In this document: in pieces, positions 27,898-37,742 of the stretch
How the letters are laid out: each line of letters opens with the position of its first letter
How positions within the stretch are numbered: the first letter of the stretch is position 1
Source of the DNA: a bacterium
GTDB lineage: Bacteria > Electryoneota > Electryoneia > Electryoneales > Electryoneaceae
Direction of reading: 5' to 3'
DNA: 64,000 nucleotides
Assembly: GCA_963669175.1 (NCBI GenBank)
Contig: OY769902.1
Location: 3,232,001-3,296,000, forward strand
Notes under the pieces: generated by a model
The model's database searches: none
Told to the model about the DNA's origin: nothing
The model's input: only the letters and a program-made list of their open reading frames with translations
Translations under genes and position numbers: made by a program

Positions 27898-30800
27898 ATG
27901 CGTACTGCTACGGTTTCATTGGCACTTCTCTTGCTAACGAGTACACTCTTCGCGGCAGCCCTGGAACGGTCATACTCTTTTGATCCTGCCCAGGTATCGG
28001 TTGAGAATGGGTATGCCATCATTGAAATGCCGGAATCACCATCGCTTGGTGATGCTGGCGAACCACTGTTGCCGATGAAAGGATACTCACTTCTTTTGCC
28101 GCCAGGGGAAAGCCTGGTCGATGTACAAGTAATATCTGAGCGTTGGTTGCCGATGGCTGGCATCTATGTCCCAAAGCCGGCAAGCCAGATGCAGCGGATA
28201 AGTGAAGCTGTACCGATGATGACGCAACCTGATCCTGCAATCTACGAAGGCGAAAGTGTCTTTCCTGCAGTTACAGTATCTAACATTCGAACTCATTTTC
28301 TTCGTGGACATTCAATAGGCGCTTTTGTCATTCGCCCGGTACGCTGGAATCCAGTAAGCGAAACGCTGGAATACCTTGCTGATGTGACTGTACATGCGAT
28401 TACCCAGCCATCACAAAAGGGGCAGAATGCACTTGAGTTGCTTCGTCGTGACGAGGCAACGCATACGCTGCTTGAAAGCGTGACCAGTGACCTGGAGAGC
28501 GAAACCGCTTATCCGACCATTGAGAATAACCTGGATGAACTGGATGAACCGAATCCTTCCATCCTGATCATCTGTCCGGCAAACCATGAGTTTGTCTGGG
28601 AAGAGTATGCGGATTGGAAGTATAGTCGTGGTCAGGTCGCAACAATCCTGACAACAGAGAATATCTACGCGACCTATGAAGGGCGTGACAACGCTGAAAA
28701 GGTTCGTAACGCGATCATTGATCAGTACCAGACATACCTGATTGAACATGTCATCCTGGGCGGCGATGTTGATTATGTACCGTATCGTGGTTTTTACAAC
28801 CAGGCGTATCAGGGTGGGGAAGTTGATGATAATATCCCGGCCGATCTTTATTTTGCAGGTCTTGACGGCACCTGGAACGAGAACAACAATTCTCGTTGGG
28901 GTGAAAATGCCAGTGAAGACGATCTGTTACAGGAAGTGACAGTAGGACGTTGTCCGGCCAATTCCATCAATGATGTGATGACCTGGACGGCAAAAATGAT
29001 AAGCTACCAGGACGAACCGGTTACTGGTGAAGTCCTGGAAGCGTTGATGGTTGGTGAGGATCTTGGTTGGGAAGCCTGGGGCGGTGATTATAAGGATCAG
29101 GTCGGACAGGGATCAACGGCAAACGGGTATACAACTACCGGTTTCCCGGATCAGTTCAATGTTGAAACACTGTATGACCGTGATTCCGAATGGTCGGTTC
29201 CGCAGTTGTTCAGCCAACTGAACAGCGGCGTTCACTACGTAAACCACCTTGGGCATGCGAATGTGACTTATGCACTCAAGGCTTCAAACTCCAATATCAA
29301 CAACAACGAATTGACCAACGACGGTGAGACGCATTCTTATTACCTGCTTTATACACAGGGGTGTTATTGCGGGGCTTTTGAACAGGCCTGCATTACGGAA
29401 AAGTGGAATGCTATTGATCATGGCGCTTTTGCGGTGATATCCAACAGCCGTTACGGCTGGGGTGATGGTGGCGGAACAAATGGCGCATCGCAAAGGTTCG
29501 ATCGTCAGTTCTTCGATGCAATTTTTGGTGAAGACAAATACATTGTTGGTGATGTCAACCGTGACAGCAAACACGACAATATCAGCTATATTGATATTTC
29601 CTGCATGCGTTGGTGTTATTACGAGATTAACCTCTTTGGTGATCCCTCGATTGAGCTGTATACCGACGAAGTAAGTGAACTGGAAGTTGAGCTTCCGGAT
29701 GTTTATGTAATTGGCAGCCCATATCTGGAAATTGCTACCAGTCAGCCCTGGGCGAGAGTGACCATCTTTATTGGTGATGAGATTGTCTTTTCCGGGATGA
29801 CAGATGGTATCGGCAATGCCAACATCCCGTTGGAGCTTGTTCAGGCTGAAGCGCTTGGCATCAGCATTATTGCCAAGAATCATCTTCCCTGGTACGGTTC
29901 TGTCCCGGTTATCGCCTCTGAAGGTCCGTACCCGCTGGTCACTGAAGTCAGCATTGCTGATGAAGCCGGGAACGACGATGGTGTTGCAGACTTTGGCGAA
30001 AACATCACGATGGAAGTTGAGCTTACCAATATGGGCCAGGACGTTCTGAATAGCGCGAATGTCTATTTCTCGACGAATTCAGAACATCTTCTTCTTTCGG
30101 AAACCCAGATTGTTGTGGATGGTTTACAGCCCAACCAGACAGTCACCGTTGAGCAACCAGCCTATGTGGATGTGAATGTGGAAGACGGTACGGACGTGCT
30201 GGTTTATGCTACGGTTGAAGCGGAAGATGAGACATGGGAACGTGAGTTCTCCCTGACACTTCATGCGCCCCGTTTAAGCATGGCTGTCCGCAGGGTTGAC
30301 GATATGGACACAGGCAACGGCAACTGTCGGATTGATGCGGGTGAAACGGCAACGGTTGTCATGGAATTCCGTAATGACGGAAGCGCTTCACTTGAAAATG
30401 TTACGCTGGTAGCTGCAAGTGATAATCCATATGTCCTGTCTGTTGAATCGGACGAGAACGAATTCGATGTTCTTGCCGATAACGAGACCATTTTTACGCA
30501 AGATTTTATTGTAACCATGTCTGAAGATACACCGGAGTTCTACCGTGCGGTCTTTATGCTTGGAGTACAGCGTGAAGACGGGTACGAAGTGCGGAACTTG
30601 CAGCGCCTTGATATTGGTGGTTTCTATGATTGTGCTGATGGGGCCTTGCAGAACGTATCGCATTATGCCGTAAGCGGTTGGAACGACCAGTGGCATTTGT
30701 CCATGGAGAGAAACGATACGCCTGATGGCAACTTCTCCTGGAAAGCAGGTTCGTCGAATGCAGGAAGCGATTACGGTGATAACCTGAACGCGGTGCTTCA

Positions 30801-31752
30801 ACTTCCGGCGCTTCCACGAGTCAGCGCCATGACGCTGAATTTCACCCACTGGATTGAAGCTGAGATTTCTGCGCAGCATGGCGGTGAGTGCTATGATGGC
30901 GGCCTGGTTGAGATTTCTGCGGATGGCGAGATGTGGATGCAAGTCACCATGCCCGGATACAACTATACTGCGCGTGGGTCCGGCCCGTTTGAAGAAGGAA
31001 CACGCCTGTATAGCGGTAATGTGGAATGGGAACGCCAGACATACAACATTCCTTATGGCGCAAGTGATTCGCTTTACATCCGGTTCCGTTTCGGTTCCGA
31101 TCAGGATGATCAGAACCAGGATGTCTACGAAGGATGGTACCTGGATGACATCAGCGTAACACTGGGTGACGAGCTGGATACACCGCTCGAATTGCAGGCG
31201 CTTGTTGAGTATCCGGGAATCGTACGGTTGACTTGGGCAACACCGGCGCCAGAGGTTGATGAATGTGCAAATCTGGAAGGCTTCATAGTCTACCGTGACC
31301 AGGAAGCGATCAGTGATGTTATTGTTGACGTAGACTTCGGGGATGATGTTCAGACGACGCCGTATGGTTTGTATGTCTACCAGGTCTCGGCATTGTATGA
31401 AACCGGTGAATCGTCACCGACACCGGCAATTGAAGTGAACTGGGACGGTTCATTTGACGATGTGAGCGAAACAGAAGAGACTATTCCTGTCACGTGGGAA
31501 CTGTCGACACCGTATCCGAATCCATTTAACCCGACAACGACAGTGCGTGTTTCCCTGCCGCAAGCTGCCAATGTCCAGCTTACCGTCTTTGATGTTCTGG
31601 GACGTGAAGTGACACGCCTGGTTGATGGTCACCTTGGCATGGGGTATCACAGCTTCACGGTGGATGCGAACAATTGGGCTTCGGGGATGTACTTTGTCAC
31701 GCTGGAAGCGCCCGGCGCTACATTCACCCGGAAGATGGTCCTGGTTCGTTAA
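27898..31752 (+). CDS. C25 (gingipain-like) cysteine peptidase with propeptide, Ig/InhA-like modules and a T9SS-type C-terminal domain
   Basis: Signal peptide from ATG 27898; GEPLLP propeptide, ILGGDVDYVP, PADLYF, NHLGHAN (His), QGCYCG (Cys), NLFGDP; PYPNPFNPTT...SGMYF. Confidence 0.9.
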   Translation: MRTATVSLALLLLTSTLFAAALERSYSFDPAQVSVENGYAIIEMPESPSLGDAGEPLLPMKGYSLLLPPGESLVDVQVISERWLPMAGIYVPKPASQMQRISEAVPMMTQPDPAIYEGESVFPAVTVSNIRTHFLRGHSIGAFVIRPVRWNPVSETLEYLADVTVHAITQPSQKGQNALELLRRDEATHTLLESVTSDLESETAYPTIENNLDELDEPNPSILIICPANHEFVWEEYADWKYSRGQVATILTTENIYATYEGRDNAEKVRNAIIDQYQTYLIEHVILGGDVDYVPYRGFYNQAYQGGEVDDNIPADLYFAGLDGTWNENNNSRWGENASEDDLLQEVTVGRCPANSINDVMTWTAKMISYQDEPVTGEVLEALMVGEDLGWEAWGGDYKDQVGQGSTANGYTTTGFPDQFNVETLYDRDSEWSVPQLFSQLNSGVHYVNHLGHANVTYALKASNSNINNNELTNDGETHSYYLLYTQGCYCGAFEQACITEKWNAIDHGAFAVISNSRYGWGDGGGTNGASQRFDRQFFDAIFGEDKYIVGDVNRDSKHDNISYIDISCMRWCYYEINLFGDPSIELYTDEVSELEVELPDVYVIGSPYLEIATSQPWARVTIFIGDEIVFSGMTDGIGNANIPLELVQAEALGISIIAKNHLPWYGSVPVIASEGPYPLVTEVSIADEAGNDDGVADFGENITMEVELTNMGQDVLNSANVYFSTNSEHLLLSETQIVVDGLQPNQTVTVEQPAYVDVNVEDGTDVLVYATVEAEDETWEREFSLTLHAPRLSMAVRRVDDMDTGNGNCRIDAGETATVVMEFRNDGSASLENVTLVAASDNPYVLSVESDENEFDVLADNETIFTQDFIVTMSEDTPEFYRAVFMLGVQREDGYEVRNLQRLDIGGFYDCADGALQNVSHYAVSGWNDQWHLSMERNDTPDGNFSWKAGSSNAGSDYGDNLNAVLQLPALPRVSAMTLNFTHWIEAEISAQHGGECYDGGLVEISADGEMWMQVTMPGYNYTARGSGPFEEGTRLYSGNVEWERQTYNIPYGASDSLYIRFRFGSDQDDQNQDVYEGWYLDDISVTLGDELDTPLELQALVEYPGIVRLTWATPAPEVDECANLEGFIVYRDQEAISDVIVDVDFGDDVQTTPYGLYVYQVSALYETGESSPTPAIEVNWDGSFDDVSETEETIPVTWELSTPYPNPFNPTTTVRVSLPQAANVQLTVFDVLGREVTRLVDGHLGMGYHSFTVDANNWASGMYFVTLEAPGATFTRKMVLVR

Positions 31753-31775
31753 GCTGACATGATTGAAGAGCTTTC

Positions 31776-31808
31776 AAGCCCGGATGCGGAAACGTGTCCG
31801 GGCTTTTT
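31776..31808 (+). terminator. Intrinsic terminator
   Basis: AAGCCCGGA...TCCGGGCTTTTT. Confidence 0.75.
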
Positions 31809-31983
31809 CGAAAAATTCGGTACAGCGGAATTTTCGGAAACTCTTCACGCGAAGTCCACCTTCGGTGGACATACAATGGAACCATACCTCAATGACTGAT
31901 TCCCAAGAAACGACTTGATACCCTGTTGAGTGTCGCATCACTATGTGAACCTCTTTACCCACACGAAACAGCGAAGCACCCTC

Positions 31984-32019
31984 AAAAAAAAAGCCAGATC
32001 CCGAAATGAGATCTGGCTT
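31984..32019 (-). terminator. Intrinsic terminator of the minus-strand peptidase gene
   Basis: A-run plus AAGCCAGATC...GATCTGGCTT on the plus strand, i.e. hairpin followed by a U-tract on the minus strand. Confidence 0.75.
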
Positions 32020-32042
32020 GAACAGTCTTGTGGGATACCGGC

Positions 32043-34295
32043 CTACCAATAGCGTTGATTCTTTGCAATCCAGTGAAGGATAGTATCTGTTTCGACATTG
32101 CCATTCTTCATGGTCTCGATCCAGGCCAAAGCGTCCGCGTAGGAACTCTCGGCTGGTTGGATATGCACCTTGTATTCCCGGATACGATCCTGGGCGCTGA
32201 TGGCATCCTTGATATTCATGGTTTCCACCAATACCATGATGCCTGCGCCGTTATCACGTGCATTGGTCAGAGTTCCATCATCAATAGAGGCAAAGTCACG
32301 CCAGTTGCCGGTAAAGATGACACTGGAACCCGCTTCCTCCAGCAGGGGCGCCCAGTTTGCCATGTGACGCAAGGGGAGCTGGATGATTCCGTTATCCTGA
32401 GCCATGAGTTCTATCAGACGCTTCCTTTCACTGGCCAGTGATCCTGAGCGAATCCATCGTTCATAGCTGTTCAGGATTGTCCAGCCCACACCCATCGCAC
32501 GATAGGCTTCAATCATGGTTGTGTCGGAAGGGAGGAGACCGTCCGCGTTATACCCCAGGAATACAGATGCTTTCCTGTTGTAGGCATTGCTGTAAATGTC
32601 GCCCTGCTTTGTAGCGACTTCCATCTTGGGATTGGCATCAATCGCATCCCGGTATTGATCCAGCATGGCAAGAAACCCGGGGAGGCCGCCGCGTTCAGGA
32701 AGAGTCAGCACTGTGGCTACGAAGCCCTTGTCAAGCGAAAGCTTAACCAGTTCAAGGTCACGAACCACGCTATTGACAGAGGTTTTCCAGACGAGGGGAT
32801 AGCCCTGGTGCCAGATCGTACGGGCTTCAAGGTTCTGGTCCGCCAACGGTGTTGGATAATTGCCAACATTTACCAGCCAGCTTGCAACCATTTTCAGTGT
32901 ACCATCAATTGCAGGACGTTCTATATTCGCAAATACATCCTCGAACCTGTGGTAATAGTGATGTTCTCCACGGCTATATCCGGTAAATGCGGGAATGCCC
33001 AGATCTCTGAACGGGGCATGATCAGCACACATCCCACCCCATGCACGGCAACTCTCGATGCGATCACGTTCCGCTTCAGGCATGGCGTCATGCCATGGAT
33101 CCCAGACTTCAGCTATCTGATCGCCGCCACCCATGCCGGCAGTGCCGTCGCCGCGTCCAACCATGTCTAAATTGACCATGTTGACATAGGTGAAGTTATC
33201 CGGCATCATGGCAGCCAGGGCTTTGCTGCCAAGCAAGCCTTGCTCTTCACCATCGAAAACGACAAAGATCAGCGTTCTTTTCTGGGGATTCATGGCGAAT
33301 GAGCGTGCCAGTTCCATGATAACACAAGCGCCGGAGGCATTATCATCAGCGCCAATGTATATCTGCCCGTTGGCATTCAGGCCGCAATGATCACCATGTG
33401 CGCCGATTATTATCGCTTCCTGCTGCAAGTCTACATCAGTGCCACGTACAAAACCGACCACATTATACCCGACAGCATTGTCAACTCGTTTGACGCCAGC
33501 ATCAAACCGCATTACAGTGGTCAATTCTGTCGGATTCGGTCCTTCTTTCAATCCCTTTTTGTACTCTTCAAAAGTTGTTCCACTGCCACGGAATAGATGA
33601 TAAACGATCCGATCACCGACAAATGCACATGGGAAATCGGGTGAGTATCCTTCTTCAGCTATTGTTGCGCCGCCGATGGGGAAGGCCCGGTAATCCTTGA
33701 AAATAACAGCAACAGCTCCATGTTCTTTCGCTGTCTGGATAAGGGTAACCCGTTTCTTTTCTTCTTCCCAGTCTTCATTTCCGTTAGGGTTTCCACGCAT
33801 GATCATGACGATTTTACCGGTTACATCAACACCGGCATAATCGTCCCAACCTTTCTCCGGGCTGGAAACCCCATAGCCAACCAACGTGACCTGAGCCTCT
33901 ACTTTACCGGAACCGCTATTCACCAACAGAGTAAAATCATCACCAAGGAGAAATTCAACTTTTCCGAAGTAGTCGTTTGTGACAGTCATGTATGCTTTTT
34001 TCTCTTCTGTCGCGAGCATGTTGAAGGGGACCATCATATCGCGCAGAAGAAGAGGTTGGAGTCCCCATGCGGCAAACTTGCCGGATATCCAACTCATGGC
34101 TTTATGACCAGTCGCAACACCGCCTTTTCTGCCGGCGTAGAGATCAGGGTCGGCTAAATGCTCGAGATAAGACATTGCCGAGTCGGTTTCCGTTTCCGGA
34201 ATGTCCTGACCCCAAAGAGACGAAAAAGAGGTAAGGAGAAGGAAAAGACAAAAAAGGAAAAACTGAGTTCTGCGTAGAACTGATGCGGCTTTCAT
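32043..34295 (-). CDS. Secreted M28-family peptidase with a PA domain and a C-terminal degenerate M19-dipeptidase-like domain
   Basis: ATG at 34295 with AAGGAG RBS; GAHGDHCG, GADDNASG, DGEEQGLLGS, NLDMVG, ADHAPF, YYH; PA motif DYAGVDVTGKIV. Confidence 0.85.
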   Translation of the reverse strand: MKAASVLRRTQFFLFCLFLLLTSFSSLWGQDIPETETDSAMSYLEHLADPDLYAGRKGGVATGHKAMSWISGKFAAWGLQPLLLRDMMVPFNMLATEEKKAYMTVTNDYFGKVEFLLGDDFTLLVNSGSGKVEAQVTLVGYGVSSPEKGWDDYAGVDVTGKIVMIMRGNPNGNEDWEEEKKRVTLIQTAKEHGAVAVIFKDYRAFPIGGATIAEEGYSPDFPCAFVGDRIVYHLFRGSGTTFEEYKKGLKEGPNPTELTTVMRFDAGVKRVDNAVGYNVVGFVRGTDVDLQQEAIIIGAHGDHCGLNANGQIYIGADDNASGACVIMELARSFAMNPQKRTLIFVVFDGEEQGLLGSKALAAMMPDNFTYVNMVNLDMVGRGDGTAGMGGGDQIAEVWDPWHDAMPEAERDRIESCRAWGGMCADHAPFRDLGIPAFTGYSRGEHHYYHRFEDVFANIERPAIDGTLKMVASWLVNVGNYPTPLADQNLEARTIWHQGYPLVWKTSVNSVVRDLELVKLSLDKGFVATVLTLPERGGLPGFLAMLDQYRDAIDANPKMEVATKQGDIYSNAYNRKASVFLGYNADGLLPSDTTMIEAYRAMGVGWTILNSYERWIRSGSLASERKRLIELMAQDNGIIQLPLRHMANWAPLLEEAGSSVIFTGNWRDFASIDDGTLTNARDNGAGIMVLVETMNIKDAISAQDRIREYKVHIQPAESSYADALAWIETMKNGNVETDTILHWIAKNQRYW

Positions 34296-34422
34296 GGATC
34301 TCTCCTTGGCTGGAAGTAGACTGAAGAGTACAAAGATGAAAGCGAGTGTGCAAGTCTTTTCCCGTTGACTCGAGCGATTCATGCGCGTACTTTCTGCCTG
34401 TCCGATACAGAGGGTGTAGAAC

Positions 34423-34716
34423 ATGGCTGCAAAAGAGAAGGCTACAAGCAAACAATCAAGGAAAGTTGCGCCGGATGCTCCAAAGGGAGATCGGTTCAAT
34501 TGGCCGTTTGGATTGTACAACCTGAGTATCATACTTTTCGGCGTCATCGTTCTGCTGCTGGGCTACTACCTGATGGCGCAGGGACCGCATGACAGTTTTT
34601 CATCCTTGACATTGTCACCGTTGTTGCTGATGTTCGGCTACCTGGTTGTCTTCCCGGTTGGCATCCTGTACCGGAAGAAAGGCGCCCAGAAGCAAGAGAC
34701 GGCACAGGAGTTGTAA
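34423..34716 (+). CDS. Small two-TM membrane protein (DUF3098-like)
   Basis: WPFGLYNL...GYYLMAQGP...SLTLSPLLLMFGYLVVFPVGIL pattern. Confidence 0.7.
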   Translation: MAAKEKATSKQSRKVAPDAPKGDRFNWPFGLYNLSIILFGVIVLLLGYYLMAQGPHDSFSSLTLSPLLLMFGYLVVFPVGILYRKKGAQKQETAQEL

Positions 34717-34721
34717 TATTT

Positions 34722-34795
34722 GGGCGATTAGCTCAGTTGGTTAGAGCGCTGCCCTTACAAGGCAGAGGCCACTGGTTCGACTCCAGTATCGCCCA
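34722..34795 (+). tRNA. tRNA-Val (anticodon UAC)
   Basis: GGGCGAT/ATCGCCC acceptor, CTGCC-CTTACAA-GGCAG anticodon arm, ACTGG-TTCGACT-CCAGT T arm. Confidence 0.97.
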
Positions 34796-34802
34796 CAGCT
34801 GG

Positions 34803-34849
34803 AAAAGGCTTAAATACTGCATGTTACGTGTGGTTTTAAGCCTTTTTTT
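34803..34849 (+). terminator. Intrinsic terminator after tRNA-Val
   Basis: AAAAGGCTTAAA...TTTAAGCCTTTTTTT. Confidence 0.8.
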
Positions 34850-35064
34850 ATTTGTGGATGATTTAAGTTCCCCTACAGTACTCCTCGCACTTCGCAAAAA
34901 AAGGCCGGGTGGCCCGATTTTGCCCTGTGATAAAGTTAGTATTCTTGTCATTCTTGATCTTGAAGCAGGAGTTTCATGCATAGCAGAAGTATAGCTACTC
35001 TTGAGAATAAACCGTCATGATAGTATCCAACGATCGATCTATAGGTGATATAGAAAGAGGATAT

Positions 35065-35297
35065 GGAAAAAGGGGACAGTTTCCTTTCCCTGGAATCAAG
35101 TGGTCCCGATGTGTATATGGTTCGGGAAAGGTGGTTGTACCCTTTTTCTTGCGAACAGGCAGGAATCACACGGAAAAGGGGACATTTTCCTTTTCCATGA
35201 ATGCTGAAAGAGTATTCTGTATGAGTACGAGGAAAAGGATCCCGTCCCCTTTTCCCGGCAATCTCATTATGACGGAATAAAATCGAGAACAGTTATA
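35065..35297. repeat. Two REP-like doublets (GGAAAAGGGGACA-TTTCCTTTTCC family); 35172-35297 is the left arm of a ~126-bp inverted repeat
   Basis: Units at 35065, 35124, 35172 and 35231 alternate in orientation; 35271-35297 is the exact reverse complement of 37467-37493. Confidence 0.85.
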
Positions 35298-35337
35298 AAT
35301 GAGCAAAGTCGGGATTGTGACCTGGCCATGCAGTTTC

Positions 35338-37368
35338 TCACGAGTTGTTTGCGGAATCTGTCTCTTTTATGTCAGTACGATTATCCAAATCCAGCATCTT
35401 GATTCCTGCCGCGTAATCTTTTGCCTCGATATGTTCAATTTTCAGGAGTTTATCGACCAGTTCCTTCATTCGTTTGACCTGTTTCGGGATATGGTCAAAC
35501 ATCCACTGCGTGGCCTCTTCCTGCGAGACATTGTTCATGCGGGCTAAATCGACGGCGCCCTGGATAATCGCCATCGGGTTGTTAAATTCATGGGCAACAG
35601 TGGTGGCGAGTTGCGTGGCAATTTCCAGTTGACGCGCCTGAAGCAGTTGCTCTTCCAGTGCGCGTTGTTTGGTGATGTCCTTGGCTAATCCACGCAGACC
35701 GTTGATCTTTCCATTCATCCCACGCATGGCGACAGCATGCAGCCTGAAGATTTTGCTTTCACCTGATGGCAATTGGCATTCGATATCCAGGTTATCCAAA
35801 GAATCACCTGTCTGTAAGACATTCTGGAACGATGTTTTCACATGGGCCCAGTTTTCCGTTGTCATGATTCTACTGAAATCACTTCCCTGTAATGCGTTCG
35901 TGTCATACCCGGTCAACTCCGTCACATTGCCTGAGAGAAAAGAGAAGGTAAATTCGCTGTCTGTTTCCCAGATGAGATCGGCAGAACTCATGGCTACATC
36001 TTTAAATCGCTGCTCTGATATTATTCGGGCGTGCATCGCATTTTCAAGCTGTTTGTAAAGGCCTGCAAGCTGCCTGTGACGTTCTTCTGTTTCCCGGTGG
36101 GCACGTACTTTTGCTCGATACCTGTAGACAAGCAGGAGAGAAACCAGTGCGATAATGATCACACCACCGAAGATCGAAAACCACATCAGTTGTTCCCGGT
36201 ATTGAAGAATGGCCAGTTCCTTTTCCATTTCTTCGGACCGATAGCGCATCTGAAGTTCCTGGAACTGAAGATTCTTCTGATACGAGAAAAGTGAATCATG
36301 AATCGTTTCGTATTGGACCAGGTAATCCAATGCCTGTCTGTATTCGCCAATACCTTCATGTACTTCAGACCAGGTCAGGTACAACTCCTGCAGCACATCA
36401 GCCGGGACATTGAATGATTTTGCGATTTCTTTGGCATCGTTCATTGTCGTTTTAGCATCAGTCAGACGATTCATTTCCAGATAAAGATCCGTAAGATTAT
36501 TTAAATTCAACAGGATATCTCTTTTCTGCCCACTGCCCTTTATCAGTTCCAGGTGTTTATCGAAATACTCAAGGGCTTTTTCATATTCACCTGTCATGTG
36601 AAAGAGGATTCCAATATCGTGTAAAACAAAAGCCTCGTCATATTTGTTCGCTGTTTTCATCGCCAGTTTAAGGGCGACCTGGTGGTATTCGATAGATTTC
36701 TCGTAGTTCTCCAGATACAGGTACAGGTTGCCGATTTCGTTGTTGGAAACGACCAGTCGGGACGTATCTGTCAGCTCGTCCGCCATTAAAATCACACGTT
36801 GATACAGGTCCATCGCTTCATAATAGCTGCCGGTGACTCTATAGGTATAGCCCAAACCAGTCAGCGATGCTGCGATCAGGTTTGCATCCCCAGCCTGTTC
36901 GGCAAAGTTCAACGCACGAATAAAATGAGTTTGCGCCGCATTGTTATCCGAAAACGACAACAGGTACTGAAATCCCATCTTCAGGTTGCATTGGCTGGCC
37001 AGCTTTTTCCTCTCAACTGTGGGGCGTTGATCCAACAGCATGTTCAACCACTCATTGGCTTTTCGATAATGACGCATTGCGAGTATGCTTGAATCCTGCT
37101 TTGCCAGCGCCATGCCAAGTGCAAGCTGAGCATGGGCCATGTTCTCGAGGTCATCCGTATCTTTTGCAGTTTCAAATGCCGCTTGTGCCAGTTCTTCAGA
37201 AAGAGAAGGATTAGCGTTCAGGCTTGAATTGGCTAATTCAAGGAGTGAAGTGCAACGTGCAGAAGGGGAGAGGGGGGCGACTTGCTGAAGTATTGAGTCC
37301 GGCAGTTGAGAAGCGGAAAGATATACAGGTGCTAATAACAAAAGAAAGATCAAGCATTTGCGCCTCAT
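35338..37368 (-). CDS. TPR-TM-PAS-HisKA sensor protein lacking the HATPase catalytic domain
   Basis: Signal peptide, multiple TPRs (e.g. SNNEIGNLYLYLENYEKSIEYH), one TM, SEQRFKDVA...IWETD PAS, VAHEFNNPM H-box, then a stop without N/G1/F/G2 boxes. Confidence 0.85.
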   Translation of the reverse strand: MRRKCLIFLLLLAPVYLSASQLPDSILQQVAPLSPSARCTSLLELANSSLNANPSLSEELAQAAFETAKDTDDLENMAHAQLALGMALAKQDSSILAMRHYRKANEWLNMLLDQRPTVERKKLASQCNLKMGFQYLLSFSDNNAAQTHFIRALNFAEQAGDANLIAASLTGLGYTYRVTGSYYEAMDLYQRVILMADELTDTSRLVVSNNEIGNLYLYLENYEKSIEYHQVALKLAMKTANKYDEAFVLHDIGILFHMTGEYEKALEYFDKHLELIKGSGQKRDILLNLNNLTDLYLEMNRLTDAKTTMNDAKEIAKSFNVPADVLQELYLTWSEVHEGIGEYRQALDYLVQYETIHDSLFSYQKNLQFQELQMRYRSEEMEKELAILQYREQLMWFSIFGGVIIIALVSLLLVYRYRAKVRAHRETEERHRQLAGLYKQLENAMHARIISEQRFKDVAMSSADLIWETDSEFTFSFLSGNVTELTGYDTNALQGSDFSRIMTTENWAHVKTSFQNVLQTGDSLDNLDIECQLPSGESKIFRLHAVAMRGMNGKINGLRGLAKDITKQRALEEQLLQARQLEIATQLATTVAHEFNNPMAIIQGAVDLARMNNVSQEEATQWMFDHIPKQVKRMKELVDKLLKIEHIEAKDYAAGIKMLDLDNRTDIKETDSANNS

Positions 37369-37466
37369 TGAACCCCCAGATGGTTTGTGTGAAGCATGCA
37401 GTACAAAATGCGAAACTTTCGTCCATTTCCAAAGAGCTGCCAGTATAATTCCGAAATGATTGCATA

Positions 37467-37594
37467 TATAACTGTTCTCGATTTTATTCCGTCAAAATGG
37501 AAATTGCCGAGAAAAGGGGACGGGATCCTTTTCCTCCCGCTTATACAGACTATTTCTGAAGTATCCCTGGAAAAGGAAACTGTACCCTTTTTCC
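37467..37594. repeat. Right arm of the ~126-bp inverted repeat, including one REP-like doublet
   Basis: Reverse complement matches 35172-35297: a 27-bp identical block, and a 34-bp block (GAGGAAAAGGATCCCGTCCCCTTTTCYCGGCAAT) with one mismatch. Confidence 0.85.
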
Positions 37595-37689
37595 ATTGCC
37601 TTTATTCCAACTATATAACTGATCTTTCACTGATATGCTACATTGCCATATGACGGATTAATACGGATTAATAATGGGAATGGCTATAG

Positions 37690-37720
37690 AAAACCCGGAC
37701 CATCGAATGATGATCCGGGT
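37690..37720 (-). terminator. Putative intrinsic terminator of the Omp28-like gene
   Basis: ACCCGGA-CCATC...GATGA-TCCGGGT hairpin with an A-run on its plus-strand 5' side. Confidence 0.6.
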
Positions 37721-37742
37721 GAAGTATCACGTTTAGAATCTG

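Noticed and set aside
34296-34547. 84-aa N-terminal extension of the M28 peptidase given by the ORF track
   Set aside because: It overlaps the divergent DUF3098-like gene; the ATG at 34295 has an RBS and begins a signal peptide.
35065-35255. Mini CRISPR array (25-bp units with ~33-bp gaps)
   Set aside because: Units alternate in orientation and are degenerate, which fits REP doublets rather than direct repeats.
34796-37740. Integrase-type genomic island at tRNA-Val
   Set aside because: No integrase and no direct repeat of the tRNA 3' end was found; only the inverted repeats reported above.
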